Part shown: one piece after another, positions 17,119-27,911 of the stretch | How the letters are laid out: the number at the start of each line of letters is the position of its first letter | Position numbering within the stretch: position 1 is the stretch's first letter | DNA from: Solirubrobacteraceae bacterium | GTDB lineage: Bacteria > Actinomycetota > Thermoleophilia > Solirubrobacterales > Solirubrobacteraceae | Assembly: GCA_035542555.1 (NCBI GenBank) | Contig: DATKLF010000112.1 | Location: 25,487-89,486, forward strand | DNA length: 64,000 bases | Direction: 5' to 3' | The notes under the pieces: model-generated | What the model saw: only the letters and a program-made list of their open reading frames with translations | What the model was told of the DNA's origin: nothing | Database searches by the model: none | Program-made: the position numbers and the translations under genes

Positions 17119-17583
17119 ATGCACGACGACGAGACGACCGGGGACGGGCTGCGCGAGCGCCTCAGCAGGAGCGGCGAGGACGCGCTGGGCCGGATCGCGC
17201 AGGACCTGCTCGAGAACCCGCTGGTGAGCAGCGCGATCTCGCGGGCCTTCGAGGCGCGCGAGCGCGCGGGGCAGGCGCAGGAGGCCGCGATGGGTGCGCT
17301 GAACATTCCGTCGGCTGCCGACATCGAGCGGCTGACCCGCCGAGTGCGCTCGCTCGGCCAGCGTCTGGAGGGGATCGAGGACGGGGTCGACCGGCTCGAC
17401 GAGCGCGTCGCGCGTCAGGGCCAGGACGGGACCGAGGCGCGGCTCGCCGCGATCGAGGAGCGGCTCGCCGCCATCGAGACGACGCTCGCTGGCTTGGCGC
17501 GGGGCGCCGCCGGGAAGCGCGCCGCGCCCGCCGGCGCGAAGCGCGCCGCCGCGAAGAAGCCCGCCGCGCGGAAGAGCGGCTGA
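17119..17583 (+). CDS. Phasin-like (PHA-granule/PhaF-like) coiled-coil protein with a basic Ala/Lys/Arg tail
   Basis: ATG at 17119 after GGAGGGA. LNIPSAADIERLTRRVRSLGQRLEGIEDGVDRLDERV. C-terminal AAGKRAAPAGAKRAAAKKPAARKSG. Confidence 0.55.
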   Translation: MHDDETTGDGLRERLSRSGEDALGRIAQDLLENPLVSSAISRAFEARERAGQAQEAAMGALNIPSAADIERLTRRVRSLGQRLEGIEDGVDRLDERVARQGQDGTEARLAAIEERLAAIETTLAGLARGAAGKRAAPAGAKRAAAKKPAARKSG

Positions 17584-17704
17584 GGTTCTGCATCCGCGTG
17601 CCGGGGCAACCGTTGCAAAGCGCTCGCTAGCACGGCGGAATCGCGGGAGCGCTCCTAGCTTTCGCGCCATCACCTCGGTCTTCTCTCCCGCTGCCGCCGA
17701 CGAG

Positions 17705-18841
17705 GTGTTCTTCACCTCGACGGCGATCTCGCGCGCAGTCCGCGCCGCCGCGGCGCGCGGCGAGGTGCGCCGCATCGGGCCGCGTCTGTACGCGCGCGCC
17801 GGGCCGGACCCCGTCGAGCGCGTGGTCGCGCGGCACCGCTGGTCGATCCTCGCCGGGTATCTCCCGGGCGCGGTCGTCACCGACGCGACCGCCTTCACGC
17901 TCTCCCCCGCAGCCGACGGGTCGCTCTGCGTCGCAGCGGGCGCGCACCGGACCATCGAGCTGCCCGGTTTGCGCTTGCGCGCGCGCCGCGGCCACGGGCC
18001 GCTGGCGGGTGACACGCCCTTCATGGACGGGCTGTACCTCGCCTCGGAGCCGCGCCGCTTCCTGGAGAACCTGCGCGACACGCGCGCGCGCGACGGGTTC
18101 CGTTGGACGCTCGGCGAACGTGCGGTCGGCGAGCGCCTGGAGCGTGTCGCGGCGGTGCGGGGGCCCGATGCGCTGCGCGAGCTGCGCGACGCTGCGCGGG
18201 ACCTCAGCGGCGAGCTCGGCCTGCCCCACGCCTATACGCGGCTGGAGGCGCTCGTCGCGCGCCTGCTCGGCGCGCGCGCGGTGCCCGGGCGCGACATGCC
18301 GGCGCCGCGGTTCGACGGTCTTCCGTGCGACCCGGGGCGGGTGGAGCTGTTCGATGTCCTGCTGGCAGCGCTCGCCGACCGTCCAGCGCCGGCGCGCCCG
18401 GCGTCGCGCGCGACGGGCACGGCGCAGTTCGCCGCGTGGGAACGGCGCCTGTCGGCGCGCGTGCCGGAGGCGCGCCCGGCCGGCGGACCGATCCCCCCCG
18501 GTCTCGTGCCGGGGACGATGCGCCAGGGGCGCAAGCGCTACGCGGCGCTCGCGCCGGGCTTCCCGCGGGCCGTCTTCCAGGCCTTCCTCCTCTCGGAGGT
18601 GCGGCCGCTGCCCGAGCGCAACGACGAGATCGCGCGCATGCGGATGAACGCCGAGCTGTCGGCGGCCGGCGAGCAGCGGATCATCGTCACGGCCGAGCTG
18701 CGGGACGCTTACGCCGACGGCCTGCGGATGCTGTCCGCGGCCGGCGACCCCCGCCCGTTCATCGCCGCGCTCGACGCCGCGCAGGCGGCGACGGCTGCGA
18801 TCGACTGGACCAACCCGCCGCTGGAGACGGTCAGCCGATGA
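17705..18841 (+). CDS. Hypothetical protein: AbiEi-like N-terminal region plus a C-terminal degenerate Fic-like motif
   Basis: N-terminal FTSTAISRAVRAAAARGEVRRIGPRLYAR. C-terminal LLSEVRPLPERNDEIARMRMNAEL aligns to the Fic core HPFx[DE]GNGRxxR, but H, G, G and R are replaced. Confidence 0.45.
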   Translation: MFFTSTAISRAVRAAAARGEVRRIGPRLYARAGPDPVERVVARHRWSILAGYLPGAVVTDATAFTLSPAADGSLCVAAGAHRTIELPGLRLRARRGHGPLAGDTPFMDGLYLASEPRRFLENLRDTRARDGFRWTLGERAVGERLERVAAVRGPDALRELRDAARDLSGELGLPHAYTRLEALVARLLGARAVPGRDMPAPRFDGLPCDPGRVELFDVLLAALADRPAPARPASRATGTAQFAAWERRLSARVPEARPAGGPIPPGLVPGTMRQGRKRYAALAPGFPRAVFQAFLLSEVRPLPERNDEIARMRMNAELSAAGEQRIIVTAELRDAYADGLRMLSAAGDPRPFIAALDAAQAATAAIDWTNPPLETVSR

Positions 18842-19520
18842 GCGCCTGCAGCGCCGCGTCGCCCAGTCGCAGGCTTGCCGTCTCGAGCGCCTCGGAGGCG
18901 ATCCGCTCGCCGGCCCCGGGGCCCTGATCGGAGACCACGAGCAGGCACGCGGCCCGGATCCCGCGGCGCGCGGCGACGGCGAGCACGGCCGCGGCCTCCA
19001 TCTCCACCGCGAGCGCGCCGGCGCTGCGCCAGGCCTCGGCGCGCGTGCTGTCCGGGTCGTAGAAGAGGTCCGTGGAGACGGTTGCGCCGATGTGGTCGGC
19101 GTTGTGCGCCAGGCGGTCGAGCAGGTCGGGGTCGGGTGCCAGCTCCGGCCCGGCGCCGAGCGCGCGGCTCGTCCCGTCGGCCCCGATCACGCGCATGGGG
19201 ACGACGAGGTCGCCGAGCGCCAGTCGCGGGTCCAGGGCCCCGCATGTCCCGATCCGGATCACGACCTCCAGCCCGAGGTCGCAGAGCTCCTCGAGCACGA
19301 TCGCGGCGCTCGGCCCGCCCATGCCGTGGCTCATGATCGTGAGCGCCTCGCCGTCGCGCGCGGTCCCGGTGTAGCCCCACAGTCCGCGGTTGTGGTTGAA
19401 CATCCGCGGCTCGTCGGTGAGCTTCTGGGCCAGCAGCAGCGCGCGGCCGGGGTCGCCGGGGAGCAGCGCGCGCGGCGCGAGCGGCGCCGTCGGGTGGATG
19501 TGCCGCGGTTGGCGCTGCAT
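18831..19520 (-). CDS. Nucleoside phosphorylase (PNP_UDP_1 family, DeoD-like)
   Basis: Start at MQRQPRH (19520). LLPGDPGRALLLAQKL, SHGMGGPSAAIVLEEL, IRIGTCGAL, AVEMEAAAV. The 3' end overlaps the convergent gene by 11 bp. Confidence 0.7.
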   Translation of the reverse strand: MQRQPRHIHPTAPLAPRALLPGDPGRALLLAQKLTDEPRMFNHNRGLWGYTGTARDGEALTIMSHGMGGPSAAIVLEELCDLGLEVVIRIGTCGALDPRLALGDLVVPMRVIGADGTSRALGAGPELAPDPDLLDRLAHNADHIGATVSTDLFYDPDSTRAEAWRSAGALAVEMEAAAVLAVAARRGIRAACLLVVSDQGPGAGERIASEALETASLRLGDAALQALIG

Positions 19521-19546
19521 CGGCGCGCGAGGATAGTCTCCGCGCC

Positions 19547-19912
19547 ATGGCCAAGTCCGACAAGAAGACCGCGAAGGCCGGCCGGTCCGACTCACGCGCC
19601 GAGCAGGTGCGCGCCGCCGTCGACCAGGCCTTCCACGTCGCCGGCTCGCAGCTCACCCGCGATCGCGCCGAACAGATCGCCGACGATCTCACCTCGGCCG
19701 CGCAGCGGGTCCGCGACGCACTGGAGGAGTTGCGGCCGCCGACGAGCGACGAGCTGCGCCGCGTGGCCGATCGGCTCGAGGCGATCGAGAAGCGTCTGGC
19801 CGCGCTCGAGACGCGTCCCCCGACGGCGCCGCCGCGCCGTGCCGCACCCGCCCCGTCGCGCAAGCCGGCCGCGCAGCGCAAGCCGGCCGCGCGGCGCAAG
19901 CCGGCCGGCTGA
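19547..19912 (+). CDS. Second phasin-like coiled-coil protein with a basic tail
   Basis: LRPPTSDELRRVADRLEAIEKRLAALE. Tail APSRKPAAQRKPAARRKPAG. TAGTCT lies 8 nt upstream of the ATG. Confidence 0.5.
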   Translation: MAKSDKKTAKAGRSDSRAEQVRAAVDQAFHVAGSQLTRDRAEQIADDLTSAAQRVRDALEELRPPTSDELRRVADRLEAIEKRLAALETRPPTAPPRRAAPAPSRKPAAQRKPAARRKPAG

Positions 19913-20043
19913 TCCTCCGCGCGCCGTGGCCGGCCGCACCGGCCTCAGCGCTCGTGCGCCCGCGCGGCACCTTCCTCGCGACGCGCACCACGTGCCGGCC
20001 GCTGATGCGCGAGGATCTGCGGCACACGAAAGGAGCGGCAGCG

Positions 20044-20472
20044 ATGGGTCTCGAGTTAAGGTCAGACAAGGAGTTCCGCGACGCGATGGACCTCGTCTTC
20101 CAGCTGATGGACGACGACGACGAGATGGGCCCCCGGCTGCGCGACGCGGACGTGCCGCAGCGGTTCGAGTTCGACGACATCGACATGGTCCTGAACGTGC
20201 GCGCGACCCGCGACGGGGAGCCGGGCAACCTGCACTGGGAGTGGACCGACGACGTGGACTGGGAGCCGAAGGTGAGGATGAAGATGAGCGCCGAGACGGC
20301 GGTCCGCTACTTCCAGGGCAAGGAGAACATCCCGATCGCGATCGCCCGCAGGCGGATCAAGACGGGCGGCGACGTGAAGGCGGCGCTCGCCCTGATCCCG
20401 ATCACGAAGCCGGTGTACGCGATGTTCCGCGAGGCGCTCGAGGAGCGCTACCCGCACCTCGTCGTCTCGTGA
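20044..20472 (+). CDS. SCP2 sterol/lipid-binding domain protein
   Basis: ATG at 20044 after AAAGGAG. AVRYFQGKENIPIAIARRRIKTGGDVKAALALIPI is a typical SCP2 C-terminal pattern. Confidence 0.55.
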   Translation: MGLELRSDKEFRDAMDLVFQLMDDDDEMGPRLRDADVPQRFEFDDIDMVLNVRATRDGEPGNLHWEWTDDVDWEPKVRMKMSAETAVRYFQGKENIPIAIARRRIKTGGDVKAALALIPITKPVYAMFREALEERYPHLVVS

Positions 20473-20522
20473 CGGGCGCGCCCGGCGCGAGCTGCTGACG
20501 ACCCGACCCACGCACGTCCGCG

Positions 20523-21737
20523 GTGCCGCCTGAACCGGGAGACCTCCCGCCCGCCGCCGAGTCGGTCACGACCGCGGAGGCTGCGCGGCGCGTTGGCGTC
20601 GCCCCCTCGACGCTGCGCCGCTGGGTCCGTGAAGGGCTGTTCGCCACACCGCCCGACGATGGGCGCTGGACGCCCTCGGTGCTCGCGCACGCCCGGATCG
20701 TCGCGCGCCTGCGCGAGCGCGGGCACTCGCTGGAGGAGATCCGCGACGCCACGAACGAGGGGCGCTTGGCGTTCGGCTACGTCGAGGACCTGCTGCCGTC
20801 GATCAACGGCGAGCACGACCTGCGCGAGGTCGCTCGCCGGACCGGCCTGGCGCCGAAGCTCATCGAGCGGATCCTTGCGGCGGTCGGCTTCCCCGCCGGC
20901 CAGGCGGAAGTGTTGAGCGACGACGACGTGCGGATGCTCGAGAACATCGCCGAGGTGCTCGCCGCGGGCCTGCCGCTGGTCGCGCTCGTGCAGCTGCTGC
21001 GGGTCTACGGCCAGTCGCTGGCGCAGATCGCCGACGCCGAGGTGCGCCTCTTCCACCTGTACGTGCACGAGCCGCTGCTGCGCGACGGGGTCCCGGGCAT
21101 CGAGGTCGCCGAGCAGATGAACGACCTCACGCAGCTCCTGCCGCTCGCCTCCCCGGTGATGGACCACGTCCACCGCCGCTACCTGCTGCACTTCGTCGAG
21201 CAGGACATCGTGGGGCACATGGAGAGCGACCTCGGTGGCTCCGGCGAGGAGCTCGGGCGCCTGCGCGTCGCGATCGGCTTCGCCGACCTGGCGGGCTACA
21301 CGCGGCTGACCGAGCAGCAGGGGGACGTCGAGGCGGCCGGTGTCGTGGAGCGCTTCGTCGCCAGCGTCGCGGACACGCTCCCCGATGACGCGCGGATCGT
21401 GAAGACGATCGGCGACGAGGTGATGATCGTCTCGACCGATCCCGCTGCGCTGACCGACTGGGCGGTCGGGTTCCAGACGCTCCTCCCGGACGTGTCGCTG
21501 CCGCGCATCGGCCTGCACGCCGGCGAGGTCGTCTACCGCGACGGCGACTACTACGGACGCGAGGTCAACCGTGCCTCGCGCGTCGTCGCCCGCGCCGGCG
21601 CGGGCGAGGTGCTCGTCACGCGCGCGATCGTGGAGGCCTCCGACCGCCACCTCGCCTTCGACTACATCGGCGAGGTCAAGCTCAAGGGGTTCGACGAGCC
21701 CACCGAGCTGTTCCTCGCCCACCTGCCCGAGGAGTAG
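20523..21737 (+). CDS. MerR-type HTH fused to a class III adenylate/guanylate cyclase domain
   Basis: N-terminal TTAEAARRVGVAPSTLRRWVREGL...RLRERGHSLEEIRDA (MerR). C-terminal IGFADLAGYT, KTIGDEVM, RIGLHAGEVV, GREVNRASR (cyclase metal, transition-state and substrate residues present). Confidence 0.75.
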   Translation: MPPEPGDLPPAAESVTTAEAARRVGVAPSTLRRWVREGLFATPPDDGRWTPSVLAHARIVARLRERGHSLEEIRDATNEGRLAFGYVEDLLPSINGEHDLREVARRTGLAPKLIERILAAVGFPAGQAEVLSDDDVRMLENIAEVLAAGLPLVALVQLLRVYGQSLAQIADAEVRLFHLYVHEPLLRDGVPGIEVAEQMNDLTQLLPLASPVMDHVHRRYLLHFVEQDIVGHMESDLGGSGEELGRLRVAIGFADLAGYTRLTEQQGDVEAAGVVERFVASVADTLPDDARIVKTIGDEVMIVSTDPAALTDWAVGFQTLLPDVSLPRIGLHAGEVVYRDGDYYGREVNRASRVVARAGAGEVLVTRAIVEASDRHLAFDYIGEVKLKGFDEPTELFLAHLPEE

Positions 21738-21739
21738 CG

Positions 21740-22723
21740 ATGCAGATGGCAGAGGCGGGCACGCTCCTGGACCGGGTGGCCGCCGGCGGCCTGCTCGCGC
21801 CCGGGCACCCCGTCGTCGTCCTGCTCTCCGGGGGGCGCGATTCCGTCTGTCTGCTGGACATGGCCGTTGCGATCGCGGGCCGCGGGCAGGTGCGGGCGCT
21901 GCACGTCAACTACGGGCTGCGCCCCGAGGCGGACGGCGACGAGCGCCACTGCGCCGAGCTCTGCAAGCGGTTGGAGGTGCCGCTCGAGGTCGAGCGCGCA
22001 CACCGGCCCGCGCAGGCGCCCGGCAACCTGCAGGCCTGGGCGCGCGACGTGCGCTACGCAGCCGGCGCGCGCGCCGCGGACGCGTCCGCGTCACGGCTCG
22101 CAGCCGGGCACACCGCCAGCGATCAGGTCGAGACGATCCTCTACCGGCTCGCCGCGTCGCCCGGTCGACGGGCGCTCGTCGGCATGGCGGACGAGCGCGG
22201 GCTGCTCGTGCGCCCGCTGCTGCGCGCGCGGCTCACGCGCGCGGACACCGCGCGCTGGTGCGCGTCGCGCGGCCTGACCTGGCGCGAGGACGCGAGCAAC
22301 GACGCCGACCGTTACGCGCGCGCGCGTGTGCGTAAAGCGCTGGTCCCGGCGCTCCGTGAGGTGCACCCGGCGGCGGAGGCGAACCTGCTGCGCACCGCCG
22401 AGCTGCTCGCCGACGAGGCCGAGGTGCTCGACGTCGTCGTGGACACCGCGCTCGCCGGGCGCGACCGCATCGCGCTCGCGCACCTCGCCGCGCTGCCGCC
22501 CGCGCTCGCGCGCCTCGTGGTCCGCCGGCTCGCCGAAGCTGCGGCCGGCGGGCTCTGCCCGCGCGCGCCGCACCGTCTCGAGGAACTCCTGGCGCTGGGG
22601 GCGCCGGGCGGCGAAGGACGGGCGGCGCTCGACGTCGGTGACGGGGCGCGCGCGGTCGTCGAGGGGGGCGTCCTGCGCTTCGAGCGCACGCCCGCTCGCC
22701 CGCGTCGTCCGGGCGGGCCGTAA
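21740..22723 (+). CDS. tilS: tRNA(Ile)-lysidine synthase
   Basis: PP-loop VVVLLSGGRDSVCLLD. Synteny with hpt-ftsH. Confidence 0.85.
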   Translation: MQMAEAGTLLDRVAAGGLLAPGHPVVVLLSGGRDSVCLLDMAVAIAGRGQVRALHVNYGLRPEADGDERHCAELCKRLEVPLEVERAHRPAQAPGNLQAWARDVRYAAGARAADASASRLAAGHTASDQVETILYRLAASPGRRALVGMADERGLLVRPLLRARLTRADTARWCASRGLTWREDASNDADRYARARVRKALVPALREVHPAAEANLLRTAELLADEAEVLDVVVDTALAGRDRIALAHLAALPPALARLVVRRLAEAAAGGLCPRAPHRLEELLALGAPGGEGRAALDVGDGARAVVEGGVLRFERTPARPRRPGGP

Positions 22724-22736
22724 CCTCCCCGCCGCG

Positions 22737-23270
22737 ATGCCAGCCGCGCCGCCGATCGGCGAGATCCTCGTCCAGCCCGACCAGCTCAAGGAGCGCGTGC
22801 GGGCGCTCGGGCGCCAGATCAGCGAGGACTACGGGGACCGCGACCTGTTGCTCGTCGGCGTGCTGAAGGGCGCGATGTTCTTCCTCTCGGACCTCATGCG
22901 CTCGATCACGGTGCCCTGCGAGGTCGATTTCATGGCGGTCGCCTCCTACGGCTCGGCGACCGACTCGAGCGGGGTCGTGCGCATCCTCAAGGACCTGGAC
23001 ATGCCGATCGCCGGGCGCCACGTGCTGATCGTCGAGGACATCGTCGACTCCGGCCTGACGCTGCAGTACCTGCTGCGCAACCTCGGTGCCCGCGACCCGG
23101 CGTCGCTCGAGGTCTGCGCGCTGCTGACCAAGCCCGAGCGGCGCAAGGCGGACGTCCCCATCAGGTACACGGGGTTCGAGATCCCCAACCGTTTCGCGAT
23201 CGGCTACGGCCTGGACCACCACGAGCGCTGGCGCAATCTCCCCTACGTCGCGGCGCTCGCGGAGGGGTGA
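22737..23270 (+). CDS. hpt: Hypoxanthine-guanine phosphoribosyltransferase
   Basis: PRPP-binding motif VLIVEDIVDSGLTL. ATG at 22737 within ORF 22326..23270. Confidence 0.85.
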   Translation: MPAAPPIGEILVQPDQLKERVRALGRQISEDYGDRDLLLVGVLKGAMFFLSDLMRSITVPCEVDFMAVASYGSATDSSGVVRILKDLDMPIAGRHVLIVEDIVDSGLTLQYLLRNLGARDPASLEVCALLTKPERRKADVPIRYTGFEIPNRFAIGYGLDHHERWRNLPYVAALAEG

Positions 23271-23370
23271 GGGCCTGTGACGGACCGTCCAGAGTGGCCG
23301 GGATCCGGCCCGGGTGCTGGTACGCTGGTCCCGTGATTCCCGCCTCCGAGCCCGGCGTCACGGCCATTCC

Positions 23371-25359
<1,989 letters not shown>

Positions 25360-25394
25360 CGCGTCCCCGCGGGGCGGCCCGACGCCCCCGAGCG

Positions 25395-25441
25395 TCGAGT
25401 GGTCGATCGTGTACCCAGGAGGTAGCGAATCGACCACTCGA
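25395..25441 (+). other. 13-bp perfect inverted repeat TCGAGTGGTCGAT / ATCGACCACTCGA with a 21-nt loop containing AGGAGG
   Basis: Read directly from the sequence. It lies between the ftsH stop and the next ORF, and the 3' arm abuts or overlaps the ATG at 25441. Confidence 0.6.
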
Positions 25442-26901
25442 TGGCCTACGGTTGCGCCATGGCCGCCCGTGAACGCGTCGACGCGGTGATCGTCGGCGCG
25501 CGCTGCGCCGGCAGCGCCGCCGCGATCGCGCTCGCGCGCGGGGGGCGGCGCGTGCTCGTCGTCGACCACGCGGGCTTCCCGTCCGACACGCTGTCCACGC
25601 ACGCGAACTTCCCCTCGGCGGTGGCCGAGATGCAGCGCCTCGGGGCGCTCGAGCGGGTCCGGCGCACCGGCGCGCCCGAGTGCCCGGAAGGCATGGTGGC
25701 CGCCGAGGGCGTCGCCTGCATCCAGCGCTTCGCCGCCGTCGACGGGATCGACTACGCCCTGTGCAACCCGCGCCCGGCGTTCGATCTCGCGCTCGTGCAG
25801 ACCGCGCGCGAGGCCGGCGCGGAGGTGCGCGAGCGCACCGCCCTGGTGGATGTGCGCTGGCGCGACGGACGCGCGTGCGGCGTGCGCCTGCGCCCCCGCG
25901 CAGGCGACGAGTACGACGTCGACGCGGCCCTCGTCGTCGGCGCGGACGGGCGCGGCTCGACGACCGCGGAGCGGGTCGGCGCGGGCGTGCCCTACCGCGG
26001 CTCGCGCAACGGTCGCGGGCTCGCGTTCGCCTATGCCGACGACCCGCATGCCGGCACCGCCTGGAGGCGGCGCATGATCCAGCTGCGGGCCGGCGTCACG
26101 CACACGCTCGTCTTCCCGTGCCCCGACGACCGCATGCTCGTGCTGTTCATGGGCCCGGCGGAGGAGATCTCCGACTTCCGCCGCGATCCGTGGGGCATGT
26201 GGAACCGCAAGCTCGCGGAGAACGCGCTCGCCGCGGAGCGCATCGGCGACGCGCCGAACCGCACGAAGCTGCGCAGCACGGCCAGCGTGGCCGCCTTCTA
26301 CCGGCGCTCGAGCGGGCCCGGATGGGCGCTGACGGGCGACGCGGGCCACTTCAAGGACCCGGTGATCGGCCAGGGGATGCGCGACGCGATGCGCTTCGGC
26401 CGCCTGCTCGGCGAGGCCGCGGCGCCCGTCATCGACGACCCCGTCCAGCTCGACGCGGCGCTGCTGAGCGCCGAGCGACGTCGCGACCGCGAGTGCGCGG
26501 CGGCGTACCACTGGGGCAACAAGGAATCGCGCGTGGCACCGGTCTCGCCGCTGCTCAAGGAGGCGCTGCGCGACTTCGACCGCGCGCCGACCCCGCACCT
26601 GCTGCACATGTTCGACCGCGTGCGGGCGCCGCACCACGTCATGAGCCCGCTGCGCGGGGCGCGCTACGCCGCCCGCGCGGCGCTGCGCCGCGGGACCGAC
26701 CGCCGGGCACTGCTGCGCGAGGTCGCCGAGGAGCTGCGCGTCGACGCCGACACCTGGCGCGAGGAGCTCGGCCGCCCGTTCCGCCCGTCGCGTGTCTGGG
26801 GTTCGGAGCGCCCGGGCTTCGAGGTCCCGGGCGCGGCCAGTGTGGCGAGCGCCTCCCGGGCGCCGGCACCGGCGCCGCCACCGGCCGCGGCCGTCCCATG
26901 A
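25441..26901 (+). CDS. FAD-dependent monooxygenase/oxidoreductase (UbiH/geranylgeranyl-reductase-like)
   Basis: DAVIVGARCAGSAAAIALARGG (dinucleotide fold) and GDAGHFKDPVIGQGMRDAMRFG (GD...G.G..A..DA motif). Alternative ATG at 25459. Confidence 0.6.
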   Translation: MAYGCAMAARERVDAVIVGARCAGSAAAIALARGGRRVLVVDHAGFPSDTLSTHANFPSAVAEMQRLGALERVRRTGAPECPEGMVAAEGVACIQRFAAVDGIDYALCNPRPAFDLALVQTAREAGAEVRERTALVDVRWRDGRACGVRLRPRAGDEYDVDAALVVGADGRGSTTAERVGAGVPYRGSRNGRGLAFAYADDPHAGTAWRRRMIQLRAGVTHTLVFPCPDDRMLVLFMGPAEEISDFRRDPWGMWNRKLAENALAAERIGDAPNRTKLRSTASVAAFYRRSSGPGWALTGDAGHFKDPVIGQGMRDAMRFGRLLGEAAAPVIDDPVQLDAALLSAERRRDRECAAAYHWGNKESRVAPVSPLLKEALRDFDRAPTPHLLHMFDRVRAPHHVMSPLRGARYAARAALRRGTDRRALLREVAEELRVDADTWREELGRPFRPSRVWGSERPGFEVPGAASVASASRAPAPAPPPAAAVP

Positions 26902-27911
26902 GCGACGCGCCGACACGCCGGGTCGTCGCCGTGCAGCTCGCGGTGCGGCTCGCGGAGATCGAGCGCAACCTCGCGCACATCGAGGACGTCGTGGGCCAGG
27001 CGGCGCGCGAGCACGCCCCCGACATGATCTTCCTGCCGGAGGTGTCGACGACGCCGAACCTCAGCCACCGCCGGATGCGCGACTGCGTCCTGCCGGTCGA
27101 CGGGCCTGCCCTGGCGCTGTACCGCCGGCTGGCGCGCGAGCACGGGTGCGTCGTCGGCGCCGGGGCGCTCACGATCCGCGGGCGTGACGCGCGCAATACG
27201 TATTACGTCTGCGAGCCCGACGGCACCGTGCACCTGCACGACAAGGACCAGCCGACGATGTGGGAGAACGCCACGTACGGCCCCGGGCGCGATCCCGGGA
27301 TCCTCGCGCTGACCGACGGGCCCATCGGCTGCGCCAACGGCTTCGAGTGGGCGCGCTCGCGGACGGCTGCGCGGCTGCGCGGCCGCGTGCGGCTCGTGGC
27401 GGGCGGCATGTGCTTCCCGTCGTTCCCGACCTGGGCGGCGACCCGCCGGCTCTTCTGGGATCGCGAGCACCAGACGATGCTGCAGCTCGCCCGCGAGACC
27501 CCGGGGCGCATCGCGCGCATCGTCGGGGCGCCGGCGGTGCACCCGTCGCACGTCGGCGACGTCGTCATGCAGACCCCCTGGGCGCCGTGGCTGCGCTGGC
27601 CGACGATCATGGTCGGCGAGACGATCATCGCGGGCGCCGACGGGGCGATCCTGCAGCGCCTGGCCTACGAGGACGGCGAGGGCTGGATCTGCGCGGAGGT
27701 TCCCTGGCGCGAGCCCGCGCCGCTCGACCCCGTCCCGCCCACGTTCTGGCTGGCTCCGATGCCCGTCAGCGTGCAGGCCATCTGGTACGCGGAGAACGCC
27801 CGCGGGCGAATTGAGTACCTCGCGAACCGCGCCCTCGGCCGCCTGCCGTTCCAGCACGACCCGGCCTACGGACGGGACCTGCCGGACCGCGTGCCGGGGG
27901 CGAGCGGCTGA
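26898..27911 (+). CDS. Carbon-nitrogen hydrolase (nitrilase superfamily) protein
   Basis: The ATG overlaps the upstream stop (ATGA). Candidate E-K-C triad in FLPEVSTT, HLHDKDQP and IGCANGFEW. Confidence 0.55.
   Translation: MSDAPTRRVVAVQLAVRLAEIERNLAHIEDVVGQAAREHAPDMIFLPEVSTTPNLSHRRMRDCVLPVDGPALALYRRLAREHGCVVGAGALTIRGRDARNTYYVCEPDGTVHLHDKDQPTMWENATYGPGRDPGILALTDGPIGCANGFEWARSRTAARLRGRVRLVAGGMCFPSFPTWAATRRLFWDREHQTMLQLARETPGRIARIVGAPAVHPSHVGDVVMQTPWAPWLRWPTIMVGETIIAGADGAILQRLAYEDGEGWICAEVPWREPAPLDPVPPTFWLAPMPVSVQAIWYAENARGRIEYLANRALGRLPFQHDPAYGRDLPDRVPGASG

Noticed and set aside
18831-19520. PNP-family gene as a defence effector (Detocs-like) partnered with the Fic-like gene
   Set aside because: It has an ordinary DeoD-like length and motifs, convergent orientation, and no two-component partners. 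Housekeeping purine salvage is more likely.
20044-20070. Rare-codon cluster (TTA AGG TCA) at codons 5-7 of the SCP2 gene as a bldA-like regulatory signal
   Set aside because: It is a single occurrence. TTA-dependent regulation is established for Streptomyces only, and I cannot judge the tRNA complement of this organism from the window.
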